Below, piece after piece: positions 10,341 through 19,535 of a DNA stretch of 64,000 nt. The notes beneath the pieces are model-generated. The model did no database searches. It saw only the letters and a program-made list of their open reading frames with translations, and was not told the origin of the DNA. The position numbers and the translations under genes were made by a program. This stretch comes from Candidatus Poriferihabitaceae bacterium (lineage in GTDB: Bacteria > Pseudomonadota > Gammaproteobacteria > Arenicellales > Poriferihabitantaceae). Location: assembly GCA_965226545.1 (NCBI GenBank), contig OZ245364.1, positions 1,067,890 through 1,131,889 of the forward strand. The letters run 5' to 3'. Positions within the stretch are counted from its first letter, which is position 1, and every line of letters begins with the position of its first letter.

Positions 10341-10640
10341 TTATTCGCTTAACACCACTTCGTCTCGCGTCGGACTTACCGGTTCGGTAATCGGCTCACG
10401 GTTGATGGTGCCCGACCAATGTATCGGACGCAAGTTGGTCAATTTATCTGACCCACCCCGTGACGGCGGAAGGTGGTATTCGACTGTCCAGCCGGTGGCA
10501 ACCTCCTTGCCATAATTTTTCCACTCGATCGGATTGCACAACATATCCCTGCGCACAATTTTCGGGTCATAACCGCGGATAATCCGCGCGTTTTCCCAGA
10601 TTTGCAAAAGTTCATCTTCGGTGTATATGTCTTCGTACAT
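10341..10640 (-). CDS. Small HNH-endonuclease-domain protein (99 aa)
   Basis: HNH-like core GWTVEYHLPPSRGGSDKLTNLRPIHWSGTINREP (H..P...GG.....NL.P.H...N). The start was trimmed to MYEDIY, which is preceded by AGGAG. G+C is lower than in neighbouring genes. Confidence 0.6.
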   Translation of the reverse strand: MYEDIYTEDELLQIWENARIIRGYDPKIVRRDMLCNPIEWKNYGKEVATGWTVEYHLPPSRGGSDKLTNLRPIHWSGTINREPITEPVSPTRDEVVLSE

Positions 10641-10833
10641 TATAAGCTCCTGGTAACTATCGGCATGCCCCAATGGCGACCGAATGTTTGAGAAATACAA
10701 TTAAAATGTAACGGCGAATTGCACAAATGTCAATCCAATTATATTAAAATCCTGCCGCGCAGACAAGTCGCCGCAAAATTAGGCGGATGCCGATGGCAGT
10801 TTTTGTGAATGGTAATTTAATAAGGTGAATGAA

Positions 10834-11520
10834 ATGAAAGAAGTTAATGACATTGACGAAATGGATGATGCGAGTGGAGAAAATAAAGCGGACGCGCCGG
10901 ATGAAGAGGACACGAGTGAGTTGCGCGACCTCGCATTAGAACGCGCCCACGATATACGCAAATTCGAAATCGAACTTACTTGGAAACGCGCGACTTATGT
11001 TGCGACATTCCAAGGGTTTTTGCTTGCCGGCTTGGGCTTGTTGGTGGCGAGCGCGAGTATGAATGCCGAGGAATTGGATTTTTTCAAGTTCATCGTGTCG
11101 ATTATCGGCGTGGTTGTATCGGCGGCGTGGTTTGCGATTAATACGGCATCGAAACGCTGGCAAGAGCATTGGGAAAACAAGATAGAGTATTTGGAAAGCG
11201 ACTACCCTGCGCGCTACAAGACGCAACCCGCGACGCAACCTGCTACGAAGGACGGACGCACCTACTCAATATCCCGAACCAACATCGCCTTAAGTTGGCT
11301 TTTTTTCATCGCGTGGTCGTTTGCGGCGACAGTGTTTGCGGCAAAAATTATCGCACCGCAATGGGGATTGGAGCGAATCATTTGGGGTTTCATCGAGTCA
11401 TGGGTCGCGTGGCTGAATCTGGACCTATACGGATTTTTTACGGTTGGGATATTTGCTCTTGCCGCATATGCTTTATGCCGTTACCGAAATCAATTAAAAA
11501 AACCGCAAAACAAAAAGTAA
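10834..11520 (+). CDS. Hypothetical 4-TM membrane protein with acidic N-terminus
   Basis: An acidic ~45-aa head is followed by four hydrophobic helices (ATFQGFLLAGLGLLVASA, FIVSIIGVVVSAAWFAI, IALSWLFFIAWSFAATVFAA, FFTVGIFALAAYALC). AAGGTG lies 7 nt upstream of the 10834 ATG. I cannot name a family. Confidence 0.55.
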   Translation: MKEVNDIDEMDDASGENKADAPDEEDTSELRDLALERAHDIRKFEIELTWKRATYVATFQGFLLAGLGLLVASASMNAEELDFFKFIVSIIGVVVSAAWFAINTASKRWQEHWENKIEYLESDYPARYKTQPATQPATKDGRTYSISRTNIALSWLFFIAWSFAATVFAAKIIAPQWGLERIIWGFIESWVAWLNLDLYGFFTVGIFALAAYALCRYRNQLKKPQNKK

Positions 11521-11544
11521 CAACAACCCGCCGCGCACTCAATC

Positions 11545-12858
11545 TCACTCGGCGTCACTCGGCGTAAACACCTCAATCGCCGAATGTCTCCCGCGCAACA
11601 CGGCGGCGGCTTTGGCGGTGAAGCGGATTTTTTTTGAGTGGCAGAGTTCGACGGTGCGTTTGGACACCAAAATCGAAGTGCCGTATTCCTTGTTGAGTTG
11701 TTCCAAGCGCGCGGCGATGTTGACGTTGTCGCCGTATACGGTGTAGTTGAGGCGGTCGGCGGTGCCGACAAAGCCGCCGACGATGTTGCCGGTGTTGACG
11801 CCGATGCGCGCGCGCAGTTGCACGCCGCTTGCAAAAGTGCGCCCGGCCAGCAGGCGTTGTATCGCCAAGGCGGTGGCGACGGCGTTGTCGGCGTGATTGG
11901 GGTCGACGCCGGGCAGATTGAAACTCGCCATAATCGCATCGCCTTCGAACAAACAAATTTCGCCGTGGTGTTTTTTAATCGGCGCGTGAATCACCGACAG
12001 GTATTCATTGACCGTGGCGATTAATTCATCCGGGCTGAGTTTTTCGGACATCGTGGTAAACGATTCCAAATCGGCGAATAAAATTGTCGCTTCGCGGGTT
12101 TCCGGGCGGGCGTCGATTAATGAGCCGCCGCTGGCCGCGATGCGGTCGGCGACGCCGCTGGGGACAAAATGCGAAAGATTGGCGGCGGCGTTGGCTTCGA
12201 CAATCGATTCAATCAACAATCGCCGTGCGCGCGCAATCGCCACGCCGAGCACGGCGGTGACCACGCCTATCGAGATGATTTTGTCGACTTCGCCGCCGAC
12301 TAGCACACGGCGATTCGATGTCAAGTATTCGACATAGTCGCGGGTGATTGCCGAAGGGTCGGCTCCGATGGCAAGCGAAACCAACAACAACCAACCGCCG
12401 GCGCCGACTAGGCCTGCGAGCAGCACATAGCGCGGCTCAAACCGCAAGGCGCGCAAGGCGATGAAGATGAAGATATACAGCAGGGTCGGCGCCTTTAAAT
12501 AAAACGCCGGCGGCTGGGCGTATTGCAAATGAAACGACCAAATCAAGCCGAGCAACAGCGCCATGTCGACCAAAATCGACAGCAACAAAAACCAAAACGG
12601 CAGGCTGATTTTATGCGCCAAATACAGGCGCAAACAGGTGAACGCAAAATACGCAAGCAAAAACGCCGGCACCGGTTCGAACGCCGCACCGCTTGGCGCG
12701 GTTTTCGGCGCGGCAATGTAGAGCGCGGCGAAAGCCAATAATATCGAGAGTTGAATCCAGCCAATCAGACGTTCGCTGCCGTCCTGCTGGCGTTCAATCG
12801 CGTTGCGCACCACCGGCGGCAAGGCGGCTTCGGGCGATTTGCCCTTAAATAGGCGCAT
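11545..12858 (-). CDS. Membrane-anchored class III adenylate/guanylate cyclase
   Basis: Six N-terminal hydrophobic helices plus a cyclase homology domain (ILFADLESFT, FEGDAIMASF, RIGVNTGNIVGG, YTVYGDNVNIAARLE). Confidence 0.9.
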   Translation of the reverse strand: MRLFKGKSPEAALPPVVRNAIERQQDGSERLIGWIQLSILLAFAALYIAAPKTAPSGAAFEPVPAFLLAYFAFTCLRLYLAHKISLPFWFLLLSILVDMALLLGLIWSFHLQYAQPPAFYLKAPTLLYIFIFIALRALRFEPRYVLLAGLVGAGGWLLLVSLAIGADPSAITRDYVEYLTSNRRVLVGGEVDKIISIGVVTAVLGVAIARARRLLIESIVEANAAANLSHFVPSGVADRIAASGGSLIDARPETREATILFADLESFTTMSEKLSPDELIATVNEYLSVIHAPIKKHHGEICLFEGDAIMASFNLPGVDPNHADNAVATALAIQRLLAGRTFASGVQLRARIGVNTGNIVGGFVGTADRLNYTVYGDNVNIAARLEQLNKEYGTSILVSKRTVELCHSKKIRFTAKAAAVLRGRHSAIEVFTPSDAE

Positions 12859-12947
12859 GGTTTTGGCGCATCATCGCGGCGCGATTCGAGGCGTTCGAAG
12901 GGGATTGACGGTGATTGGACGGCGCTTCGAGCGTGGCTCGAGCGTTG

Positions 12948-14015
12948 TTACGAATGGCGCGCGAGCGGCTCGGCGCCCGCGTTCGGCGGCGTTGAGTCGC
13001 CGGCGTCGGTGGTGGCTTGATGCTTTACTTGGTCATACCACAAATCGTGATGTTGCTTTGCCCATTCGACGCTGACATGCCCGCGCGTCATGCCTTCGAG
13101 CGCGCCTTCGGTGCCGATGGTGCCGATGTAAACATGCCCGAAGAACACCACAATCCATAAAAGCGCGGCGACGGCGTGGATTTGATGCATGAACTGCATG
13201 TCGGCGCGGCTGTTGTCGACCAAGCCAATCGCGCCGAGCCAGCCAATCAAGCCAAAGCCGCTTATGCACACCGCGCCTAAGCCGACAAAAATCACCAGCC
13301 AAAACCAAATTTTTTCGCCGCCGTTGGCTTTGCCGGCGCTGGGGTGGGATGTGCCGATGATGCCGCCGCCTTGCTTCAGCCATTGGAGGTCGGCGCGGGT
13401 CGGCAGGTTGTTTTTGACCCAGCACAACAACATCGCCAACACGCCGAGCGAAAAGAACGGGCCGATGATGTTATGCAGATTAATCGACAGCGTTGCCCAA
13501 TTGGCAAAGCCGGCGGCGCCGAGCAACGGTATCAGCACGACGCGCCCAAACAATAAACTTAACCCGGTAATCGCCAACACGATGAACAAGCCGGCGGTAT
13601 ACCAATGCATGATGCGTTCCCAGCGTCGCCAGCGCGGCACGCGCATGCCGGAGGTTTCGCCATGCAGTTTGATTTTGCCGCGCACCGCGTAAAACAGCGC
13701 AAGCGCCAGCAACACGCCGATAATCGCCCAGCCGCCGTAAGTGGCGATGACGCCGTTGCGCATCTCGCGCCAGTTTTGCCCGCCGTTGTTAATCAACACG
13801 CCGCGCTCAAAGCCCGGCAATGAGGTGTAGCCGGCTTCGCCGCGCCGCACGGCGCGCCATAAATCGGCGCGCGGGTTGATTTCATCGATGGCGGTTTGCG
13901 CATGCGCGTTGGGTGCGCCGACAAAATACGATGCGGTCGGCAACGCCGTCGCACAAACGACCACCGCCGCCAACGCCAACGCCATCGCGCGGCTACGTGA
14001 ATTTTTTGTTTTCAT
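12948..14015 (-). CDS. Formate dehydrogenase gamma (cytochrome b) subunit with periplasmic N-terminal extension
   Basis: Signal-like N-terminus MKTKNSRSRAMALALAAVVVCA, then a 4-TM cytochrome b module (RWERIMHWYTAGLFIVLAITG ... HQIHAVAALLWIVVFFGHVY). It is the last gene of the fdh operon. Confidence 0.85.
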   Translation of the reverse strand: MKTKNSRSRAMALALAAVVVCATALPTASYFVGAPNAHAQTAIDEINPRADLWRAVRRGEAGYTSLPGFERGVLINNGGQNWREMRNGVIATYGGWAIIGVLLALALFYAVRGKIKLHGETSGMRVPRWRRWERIMHWYTAGLFIVLAITGLSLLFGRVVLIPLLGAAGFANWATLSINLHNIIGPFFSLGVLAMLLCWVKNNLPTRADLQWLKQGGGIIGTSHPSAGKANGGEKIWFWLVIFVGLGAVCISGFGLIGWLGAIGLVDNSRADMQFMHQIHAVAALLWIVVFFGHVYIGTIGTEGALEGMTRGHVSVEWAKQHHDLWYDQVKHQATTDAGDSTPPNAGAEPLARHS

Positions 14016-14160
14016 GGTGGATTGCCTCGGGCGTGAATGGTGAGTGTTAACCAATGGGGTCGGCGTAACGATGTTCGTAACGATGCTCGTAATTACGTTA
14101 ACGGCGTTGTCGATGCCAACAGTCGAAGTCGTTAATTAACGCAATGAACGGGCGGTGACA

Positions 14161-14484
14161 TTAACGGTCGGTTTGTCGCGCAAAGCGCGCGGCCAAAGCG
14201 GCGTCGTCGGTGTTGTTGACCAGCGGGTCCGGCGCGCCTTGATAGACGCCCGGGCGATAACAAATCGCCCCGGATTTTTCCCAACAGCCGGACAACAACA
14301 CACAACTCAACAACACGCCGAGCAACGTTGCCGGCTTAACCAATCGACGTACGCCGCCGATGTTGCCGTTGGCATCGTCGGCGGCGACGGTTGACCGTGC
14401 GGTTGAACGTGCAGTCGACCGTATAGTCGACGATGCAATTGACGCATCACTTTGCATTTTGATTTGCGGCACGATTCGATTCAC
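14161..14484 (-). CDS. Small lipoprotein encoded inside the fdh operon
   Basis: Lipobox LLSGC preceded by the hydrophobic stretch KPATLLGVLLSCV. The N-terminal STARSTARST part is translated 12-nt repeat DNA, so the real start is probably downstream (ATG 14457 or TTG 14343). Confidence 0.5.
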   Translation of the reverse strand: MNRIVPQIKMQSDASIASSTIRSTARSTARSTVAADDANGNIGGVRRLVKPATLLGVLLSCVLLSGCWEKSGAICYRPGVYQGAPDPLVNNTDDAALAARFARQTDR

Positions 14485-14600
14485 GTTTCGGTTTGCGGGT
14501 TGTGGGTTACGTTTGGGGCAACTGTCGTTTATCGGTCAAGCGCGGCTTCGTTCATCGATGAACGCAATTAACCGTAATTAACCGCGCAACCAACGCGCGA

Positions 14601-15191
14601 CTAACCGGTTTTGCCGTACGCCGATTCCCAGCCCCAACTTTGCGAGCGTCCGCCGCGTTTGGTTACGCGTTCGCGATAGATGTCCGACACCATGTCGCCG
14701 TCGCCGGCGAGCAGGGCTTTGGTCGAACACATCTCGGCGCACAGCGGCAACTTGCCTTCAGCCAGACGGTTGCGGCCGTATTTGGCGGTCTCGATGGGCG
14801 AGTTGTCGTCGCCGGGGCCGCCGGCACAGAAGGTGCATTTATCCATCTTGCCGCGCACGCCGAAGGCGTCCTGTTGCGGATATTGCGGCGCGCCGAACGG
14901 GCAGGCGTACAGGCAATAGCCGCAACCGATGCATAAATCCTTGTCGTGCAACACCACGCCGTCGTCGGTGGTGTAAAAACAATCCACCGGACAAACCGCC
15001 GCACACGGCGCATCGGTGCAGTGCATGCACGCCACCGATATGGATTTCTCGCCAACTTCGCCGTCGCCGAGCGTGACCACGCGGCGTCGATTGACGCCCC
15101 ACGGCACTTCGTTTTCGTTTTTACACGCGGTGACGCAACCGTTGCATTCGATGCAGCGGTCGGCGTCGCACAAAAATTTCATTCTTGCCAT
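14601..15191 (-). CDS. Formate dehydrogenase beta (4Fe-4S) subunit
   Basis: 196 aa with four ferredoxin-type Cys clusters (CIECNGCVTACK, CMHCTDAPCAAVCP, CIGCGYCLYACP, CTFCAG...). Confidence 0.9.
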   Translation of the reverse strand: MARMKFLCDADRCIECNGCVTACKNENEVPWGVNRRRVVTLGDGEVGEKSISVACMHCTDAPCAAVCPVDCFYTTDDGVVLHDKDLCIGCGYCLYACPFGAPQYPQQDAFGVRGKMDKCTFCAGGPGDDNSPIETAKYGRNRLAEGKLPLCAEMCSTKALLAGDGDMVSDIYRERVTKRGGRSQSWGWESAYGKTG

Positions 15192-15209
15192 GATGATTTC
15201 CCCCGGAGG

Positions 15210-15245
15210 TTACGCCGCTTGTACGCGGCACAGTGACACTTTGGA
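15210..15245 (-). pseudogene. Relic copy of the last 11 codons plus stop of fdhA
   Basis: The minus strand reads TCC AAA GTG TCA CTG TGC CGC GTA CAA GCG GCG TAA = SKVSLCRVQAA*. The live fdhA end at 16035-16070 reads SKVSLCRVEAA*. The relic sits 18 nt upstream of the fdhB ATG, where the native fdhA stop would be expected. Confidence 0.8.
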
Positions 15246-15269
15246 TTGAGGTGATGGACGTTTAGAGTT

Positions 15270-15734
15270 TCAGTTGTCCTCCACTTCACCCACATTAACA
15301 AAGGATGAAAAAGTAACAACATTGCCGTCAACATTGTTGACTTTTGCCGTCACCTTAAAAGGATGCCATGCGTTAATTTTAATGCGGTTGCCGCGCAATT
15401 CATCGTCCGGCAAGTAGTCGGATTTGTCAAATTGCCACCTAACCTGTTCATTTTCAGGCAATGTAATATAGTCCGGCAATGAAAGACTGAGCATGATTTC
15501 GCTTTTGGGCGTAATCACCCCCCACGAAGCGAGTGTTTTGAGAATAATGCCTGTGCGCATCGATTTTCCCGCAACTTTAATGGCCGGGTTTACTACGCTA
15601 CCGGGGTTCGTCGATATATCCGGCAATAACGGTCGCCCTTGATTTACTGTCAGCACATTTTCCGCATGTGCGGCGAATGGCATTGCCGCGGCAACGCCAA
15701 GAAACAAGCACAGGGCAAGGTGTTTTTTCATCAT
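15270..15734 (-). CDS. Hypothetical secreted protein (154 aa) in low-GC cassette
   Basis: Signal peptide MMKKHLALCLFLGVAAAMPFAAHA, then a beta-rich-looking mature part. No family recognised. Confidence 0.6.
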   Translation of the reverse strand: MMKKHLALCLFLGVAAAMPFAAHAENVLTVNQGRPLLPDISTNPGSVVNPAIKVAGKSMRTGIILKTLASWGVITPKSEIMLSLSLPDYITLPENEQVRWQFDKSDYLPDDELRGNRIKINAWHPFKVTAKVNNVDGNVVTFSSFVNVGEVEDN

Positions 15735-15744
15735 TGGGCGATTT

Positions 15745-16035
15745 TTAAAATGTGTATTTAATGCTGTTGGATATGAACGGCGCATAAGTGGTTGCCAAAA
15801 TATGCAACCCAAACAATACAATGGTGCGGGCATTCGACAAGATTGGGCCGACCCAAATGACATACCACAACGCCGCACTTGTCATAACCAACACGGAAAC
15901 ATGAATTATGCCGGTTAAATTCACTTCAGTGACCGGCCATATCGTTCCTAACAACGCCGAAAGCATAGTGATTGTAATGCCAACTTTCACGCTTAAATAA
16001 GCGTGATTAAATTGATTGGATGTGTCTACAGCCAT
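15745..16035 (-). CDS. Hypothetical 3-TM membrane protein (96 aa) in low-GC cassette
   Basis: Its ATG (16035-16033) overlaps the fdhA stop TGA (16037-16035) as TGATG. It has three hydrophobic helices and no recognised family. Confidence 0.5.
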   Translation of the reverse strand: MAVDTSNQFNHAYLSVKVGITITMLSALLGTIWPVTEVNLTGIIHVSVLVMTSAALWYVIWVGPILSNARTIVLFGLHILATTYAPFISNSIKYTF

Positions 16036-18887
16036 CACGCCGCCTCAACCCTACAAAGCGACACTTTGGATTCCTGCATTTGCGTTACCGAATCGTAGCC
16101 GTAGGTAAACGCGGTGTTGCCGGCTTCGCCGCGCACATACGGCGCGGCGCCGCGCGGGTATTTGTCGAGCAAATCCTCGCCTTCATACCAGCCGCCGAAA
16201 TGGAACGGCACAAACAAAACGCCGCGCGCGACACGACGGGTTACAAACGCCTTGACTTTGATGCGCGCGCCTTCGGGCGATTCAATCCACACCATCTCGC
16301 CGTGCGCGACATCGTTGTCATTGGCGTCGGCCGGGTGAATCTCGCAGAACATATCCTGCTGCAATTCCGCCAGCCACGGATTCGAGCGGCTTTCTTCGCC
16401 GCCGCCTTCGTATTCGACCAACCGCCCGCTGGTGAAAATCATCGGGAAGTCTTTGGAATAATCGGTCGCTTGAATCGACGCATAGCGCGTCGGCAGGCGG
16501 TAAAACCGCTTGCGGTCTTCATAGGTCGGGTATTTGGCGGCCAGTTCGCGATCCGGGGTGTACAGCGGTTCGCGGTGAATCGGCACGCGGTCGGGGAAAG
16601 TCCACACAATCGCGCGCGCTTTGGCGTTGCCAAACGGCGCGCAACCGTGCGCAATCGCGACGCGTTGAATGCCGCCGGATAAATCGGTCTTCCAGTTTTT
16701 GCCTTCGGCCGCGGTTTGTTCGGCCGGGGTTAAATCGTCCCACCAGCCGAGATTTTTCAGCAGTTTGTCGCTGAACTCGGGATGACCATCGCGAATCTCC
16801 GAGCCTTTCGGCCAGGAATCCTCCGCCAGAATGTTGACGCCTTCGTGTTCGGTGCCGAAACGCGCGCGGAATGCCAGCCCGCCTTCGGCGACCGGGCGGC
16901 TGGTGTCGTACAACACCGGCGTGCCCGGATGACGCATCTCGGGCGTGCCCCAACACGGCCACGGCATGCCGTAATACTCGCCATCGACCGGCCCGCCTTC
17001 GGCAAGCAAGGTGGTGGTGTTGAAGGTGTGTTTGTTGCGCATGTGCGCTTTGAGCCGCTCGGGGCTTTGCCCGGTGTAGCCAATCGTCCACATGCCTTTG
17101 TTGTATTCGCGGGTGATGTCTTCGACCAGCGGTTCGTCGTCGTTGACTGCAATGTTTTTGCAGTATTCATCGGCAAACCCAAACTTGCGCGCGAATTTAT
17201 ACAAAATCACGTGGTCCGGCAACGATTCGAACAGCGGCGCAATCACCCGTTCGCGCCATTGCACCGAGCGATTCGATGCGGTGACCGAGCCGTAGGTTTC
17301 GAATTGCGTACATGCCGGCAACAAATACACGCCGTCGGTGCGGTCGTGCATGACCGCGGCATGCGTCGGATACGGGTCGATGATGACCATCATGTCGAGT
17401 TTGGCCATCGCCTTTTTCATTTCCGGCCCGCGCGTTTGGCTGTTGACCGCATGCCCCATCCACACCATCGCGCGCAGGTTGTCGCGCTGACCGATGTGGT
17501 CTTCGAGCACGCCATCGACCCAACGCGACACCGGAATGCCTTTGTAGTTCATCGCATGCACCGGCTTGCCGGAATCGCCTTCGATGCGCACCGGGCTAAA
17601 CCGCGATTTAACCCAATCGTGTTCCAGCCCCCACACTTTTGACCAATGCTTCCACGCGCCGTCGCTGAGTCCGTAATAGCCGGGCAATGAATGCGACAGC
17701 ACGCAAAAATCGGTCGCGCCCTGTACATTGTCATGCCCGCGGAAGATGTTCGCACCGCCGCCGGATTTGCCGATGTTGCCGAGCGCAAGTTGGAAGGCGC
17801 AATAGGCGCGCGTGTTGTTGTTGCCGATGGTGTGTTGGGTGCCGCCCATGCACCACACAAAAGTCGCCGGGGCGTTTTTCGCCATCATCTCGGCGGCGGT
17901 GCGCACCTCCTCTTCGGAGGCGCCGGTGACTCGTTCGGTTTCGCTCGGCGTCCATTTGGCGACTTCGGCGCGCACTTCATCCAAGCCATAGACGCGTTGG
18001 CGAATGTATTCGCGGTCTTCCCAGCCGTTTTCGAAGACATGCCACAGCATGCCCCAAATAAACGCGACATCGCTGCCGGGACGCAGGCGGACAAAATGGT
18101 CGGCGTGCGCGGCGGTGCGGGTGTATCGCGGGTCGATGACAATCATTTTCGCGCCGTTTTCCTTGGCGCGGAATATGTGCTGCAACGACACCGGATGCGC
18201 CTCGGCCGGGTTCGCGCCGATAAACAGCATGCACTTGCTGTTGTGCATGTCGTTGTAGGAATTGGTCATTGCGCCGTAGCCCCAGGTGTTGGCGACGCCG
18301 GCGACCGTGGTCGAATGGCAGATGCGCGCCTGATGGTCGACGTTGTTGGTGCCCCACATCGCCGCAAACTTGCGGAACATATAGGCTTGTTCGTTGCTGT
18401 GTTTTGCCGAGCCCATCCAATAGACCGAATCCGGGCCGGATTGTTCGCGGATTTCAATCATCTTGTCGCCGACTTCGTCGATGGCGGTTTTCCACGAGAT
18501 GCGCCGCCATTTGCCGCCGACCAATTTCATCGGGTATTTCAGCCGGCGTTCGCCGTGTCCGTGTTCGCGCACTGAGGCGCCTTTGGCGCAATGTGCTCCT
18601 AAGTTAAACGGCGAATCAAAATCCGGCTCTTGCCCGGTCCAAACGCCGTTTTGCACTTCGGCGACCACGCCGCAACCGACCGAGCAATGCGTACACACGC
18701 TCTTTTTAATCGTCACTTCGCCGTCGGCAACGGCGCTCGCCGCATGCGCCTTGCGCACACGCCCGGGCGCAAGCGCGGCCGCACCGGCGCCAAGCGTCAG
18801 CCCGCTACGCTGCAAAAATGCGCGGCGGCCAATCGTGTTGGTCGATGCCGAAGATGCGGCGTTGGGTTGTTTGCGCGTTAATTTCAT
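16035..18887 (-). CDS. Formate dehydrogenase alpha (molybdopterin) subunit, Cys-type, TAT-exported
   Basis: 950 aa. Twin-arginine signal GRRAFLQRSG, 4Fe-4S motif CTHCSVGCG, and a molybdopterin oxidoreductase core. The active-site position is Cys (QARICHSTTVAG), and there is no in-frame TGA. Confidence 0.95.
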   Translation of the reverse strand: MKLTRKQPNAASSASTNTIGRRAFLQRSGLTLGAGAAALAPGRVRKAHAASAVADGEVTIKKSVCTHCSVGCGVVAEVQNGVWTGQEPDFDSPFNLGAHCAKGASVREHGHGERRLKYPMKLVGGKWRRISWKTAIDEVGDKMIEIREQSGPDSVYWMGSAKHSNEQAYMFRKFAAMWGTNNVDHQARICHSTTVAGVANTWGYGAMTNSYNDMHNSKCMLFIGANPAEAHPVSLQHIFRAKENGAKMIVIDPRYTRTAAHADHFVRLRPGSDVAFIWGMLWHVFENGWEDREYIRQRVYGLDEVRAEVAKWTPSETERVTGASEEEVRTAAEMMAKNAPATFVWCMGGTQHTIGNNNTRAYCAFQLALGNIGKSGGGANIFRGHDNVQGATDFCVLSHSLPGYYGLSDGAWKHWSKVWGLEHDWVKSRFSPVRIEGDSGKPVHAMNYKGIPVSRWVDGVLEDHIGQRDNLRAMVWMGHAVNSQTRGPEMKKAMAKLDMMVIIDPYPTHAAVMHDRTDGVYLLPACTQFETYGSVTASNRSVQWRERVIAPLFESLPDHVILYKFARKFGFADEYCKNIAVNDDEPLVEDITREYNKGMWTIGYTGQSPERLKAHMRNKHTFNTTTLLAEGGPVDGEYYGMPWPCWGTPEMRHPGTPVLYDTSRPVAEGGLAFRARFGTEHEGVNILAEDSWPKGSEIRDGHPEFSDKLLKNLGWWDDLTPAEQTAAEGKNWKTDLSGGIQRVAIAHGCAPFGNAKARAIVWTFPDRVPIHREPLYTPDRELAAKYPTYEDRKRFYRLPTRYASIQATDYSKDFPMIFTSGRLVEYEGGGEESRSNPWLAELQQDMFCEIHPADANDNDVAHGEMVWIESPEGARIKVKAFVTRRVARGVLFVPFHFGGWYEGEDLLDKYPRGAAPYVRGEAGNTAFTYGYDSVTQMQESKVSLCRVEAA

Positions 18888-18961
18888 TGTCGCCCCCGAT
18901 GGGTTGTCAGTGGTTTGTTAAGTTGGTTGACTCATTGCACCGATTCAAAGCGCGCGTCGAT

Positions 18962-19180
18962 TCAAAATCTCGCCAAGCGGTAATAGCGACGCACATGCGC
19001 GGTTTCGCGATAGCCGTGCGCCGGCGAAGTTTCGGTGGGTTGGGTGTCGTCATTCGGCGCGCCGACGGCGGCGCGTGATGCGCCAATCGCGACGCCGGCG
19101 ACCGCGGCTTTCTTTAAAAAATCGCGGCGCGCAAGCGAATGTTGCGCCGTGTTGGCGGTGCGGTTTGCGGATTGTTTCAT
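18962..19180 (-). CDS. Small 'formate dehydrogenase region TAT target' protein
   Basis: 72 aa, with the twin-arginine signal ARRDFLKKAAVAG and the C-terminal motif GYRETAHVRRYY. This matches the family signature as I recall it (Y-[HRK]-x-[TS]-x-H-[IV]-x-x-[YF]-Y; I recall it as TIGR02811, which needs verification). Confidence 0.8.
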   Translation of the reverse strand: MKQSANRTANTAQHSLARRDFLKKAAVAGVAIGASRAAVGAPNDDTQPTETSPAHGYRETAHVRRYYRLARF

Positions 19181-19535
19181 TGCAAAACCTCTGTTGGTAT
19201 GTCGTTAATAATGATTAGTCAAGAATAATTGGCAAGGCAAAATTAAATCGTTGTGATGCGATTTAATCAAAACCGTTAGGTCACTCAAAAACAATATAAC
19301 CCATTGGCAATGATTAATGCCAAAAAATCGGCGGTATGTCAACTTAATTGGCAAATAAATTATCCAATAAATTGCCCATTAAAATGCCCATTAAAATGTC
19401 AATTAAATGGAAACCATCCAAAATGACCAGCCGCGATAAGGCATTGATAATGCGATTTAATTGACGATTATTGGCGATTTAATCGCAATAATCAAAAGTC
19501 AGCGATACATTAAATGCGTCCGCAATACGACATTA

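Noticed and set aside
10834-12858. Pycsar/CBASS-like pairing of the class III cyclase with the adjacent 4-TM protein.
   Set aside because: The genes are convergent rather than co-oriented. The cyclase has host-like G+C and a housekeeping-type 6-TM anchor. The membrane protein has no cyclic-nucleotide-binding domain that I can see.
16035-18887. Selenocysteine (in-frame TGA plus SECIS) in fdhA.
   Set aside because: The 950-codon frame is uninterrupted, and the active-site position reads Cys (ICHSTTVAG).
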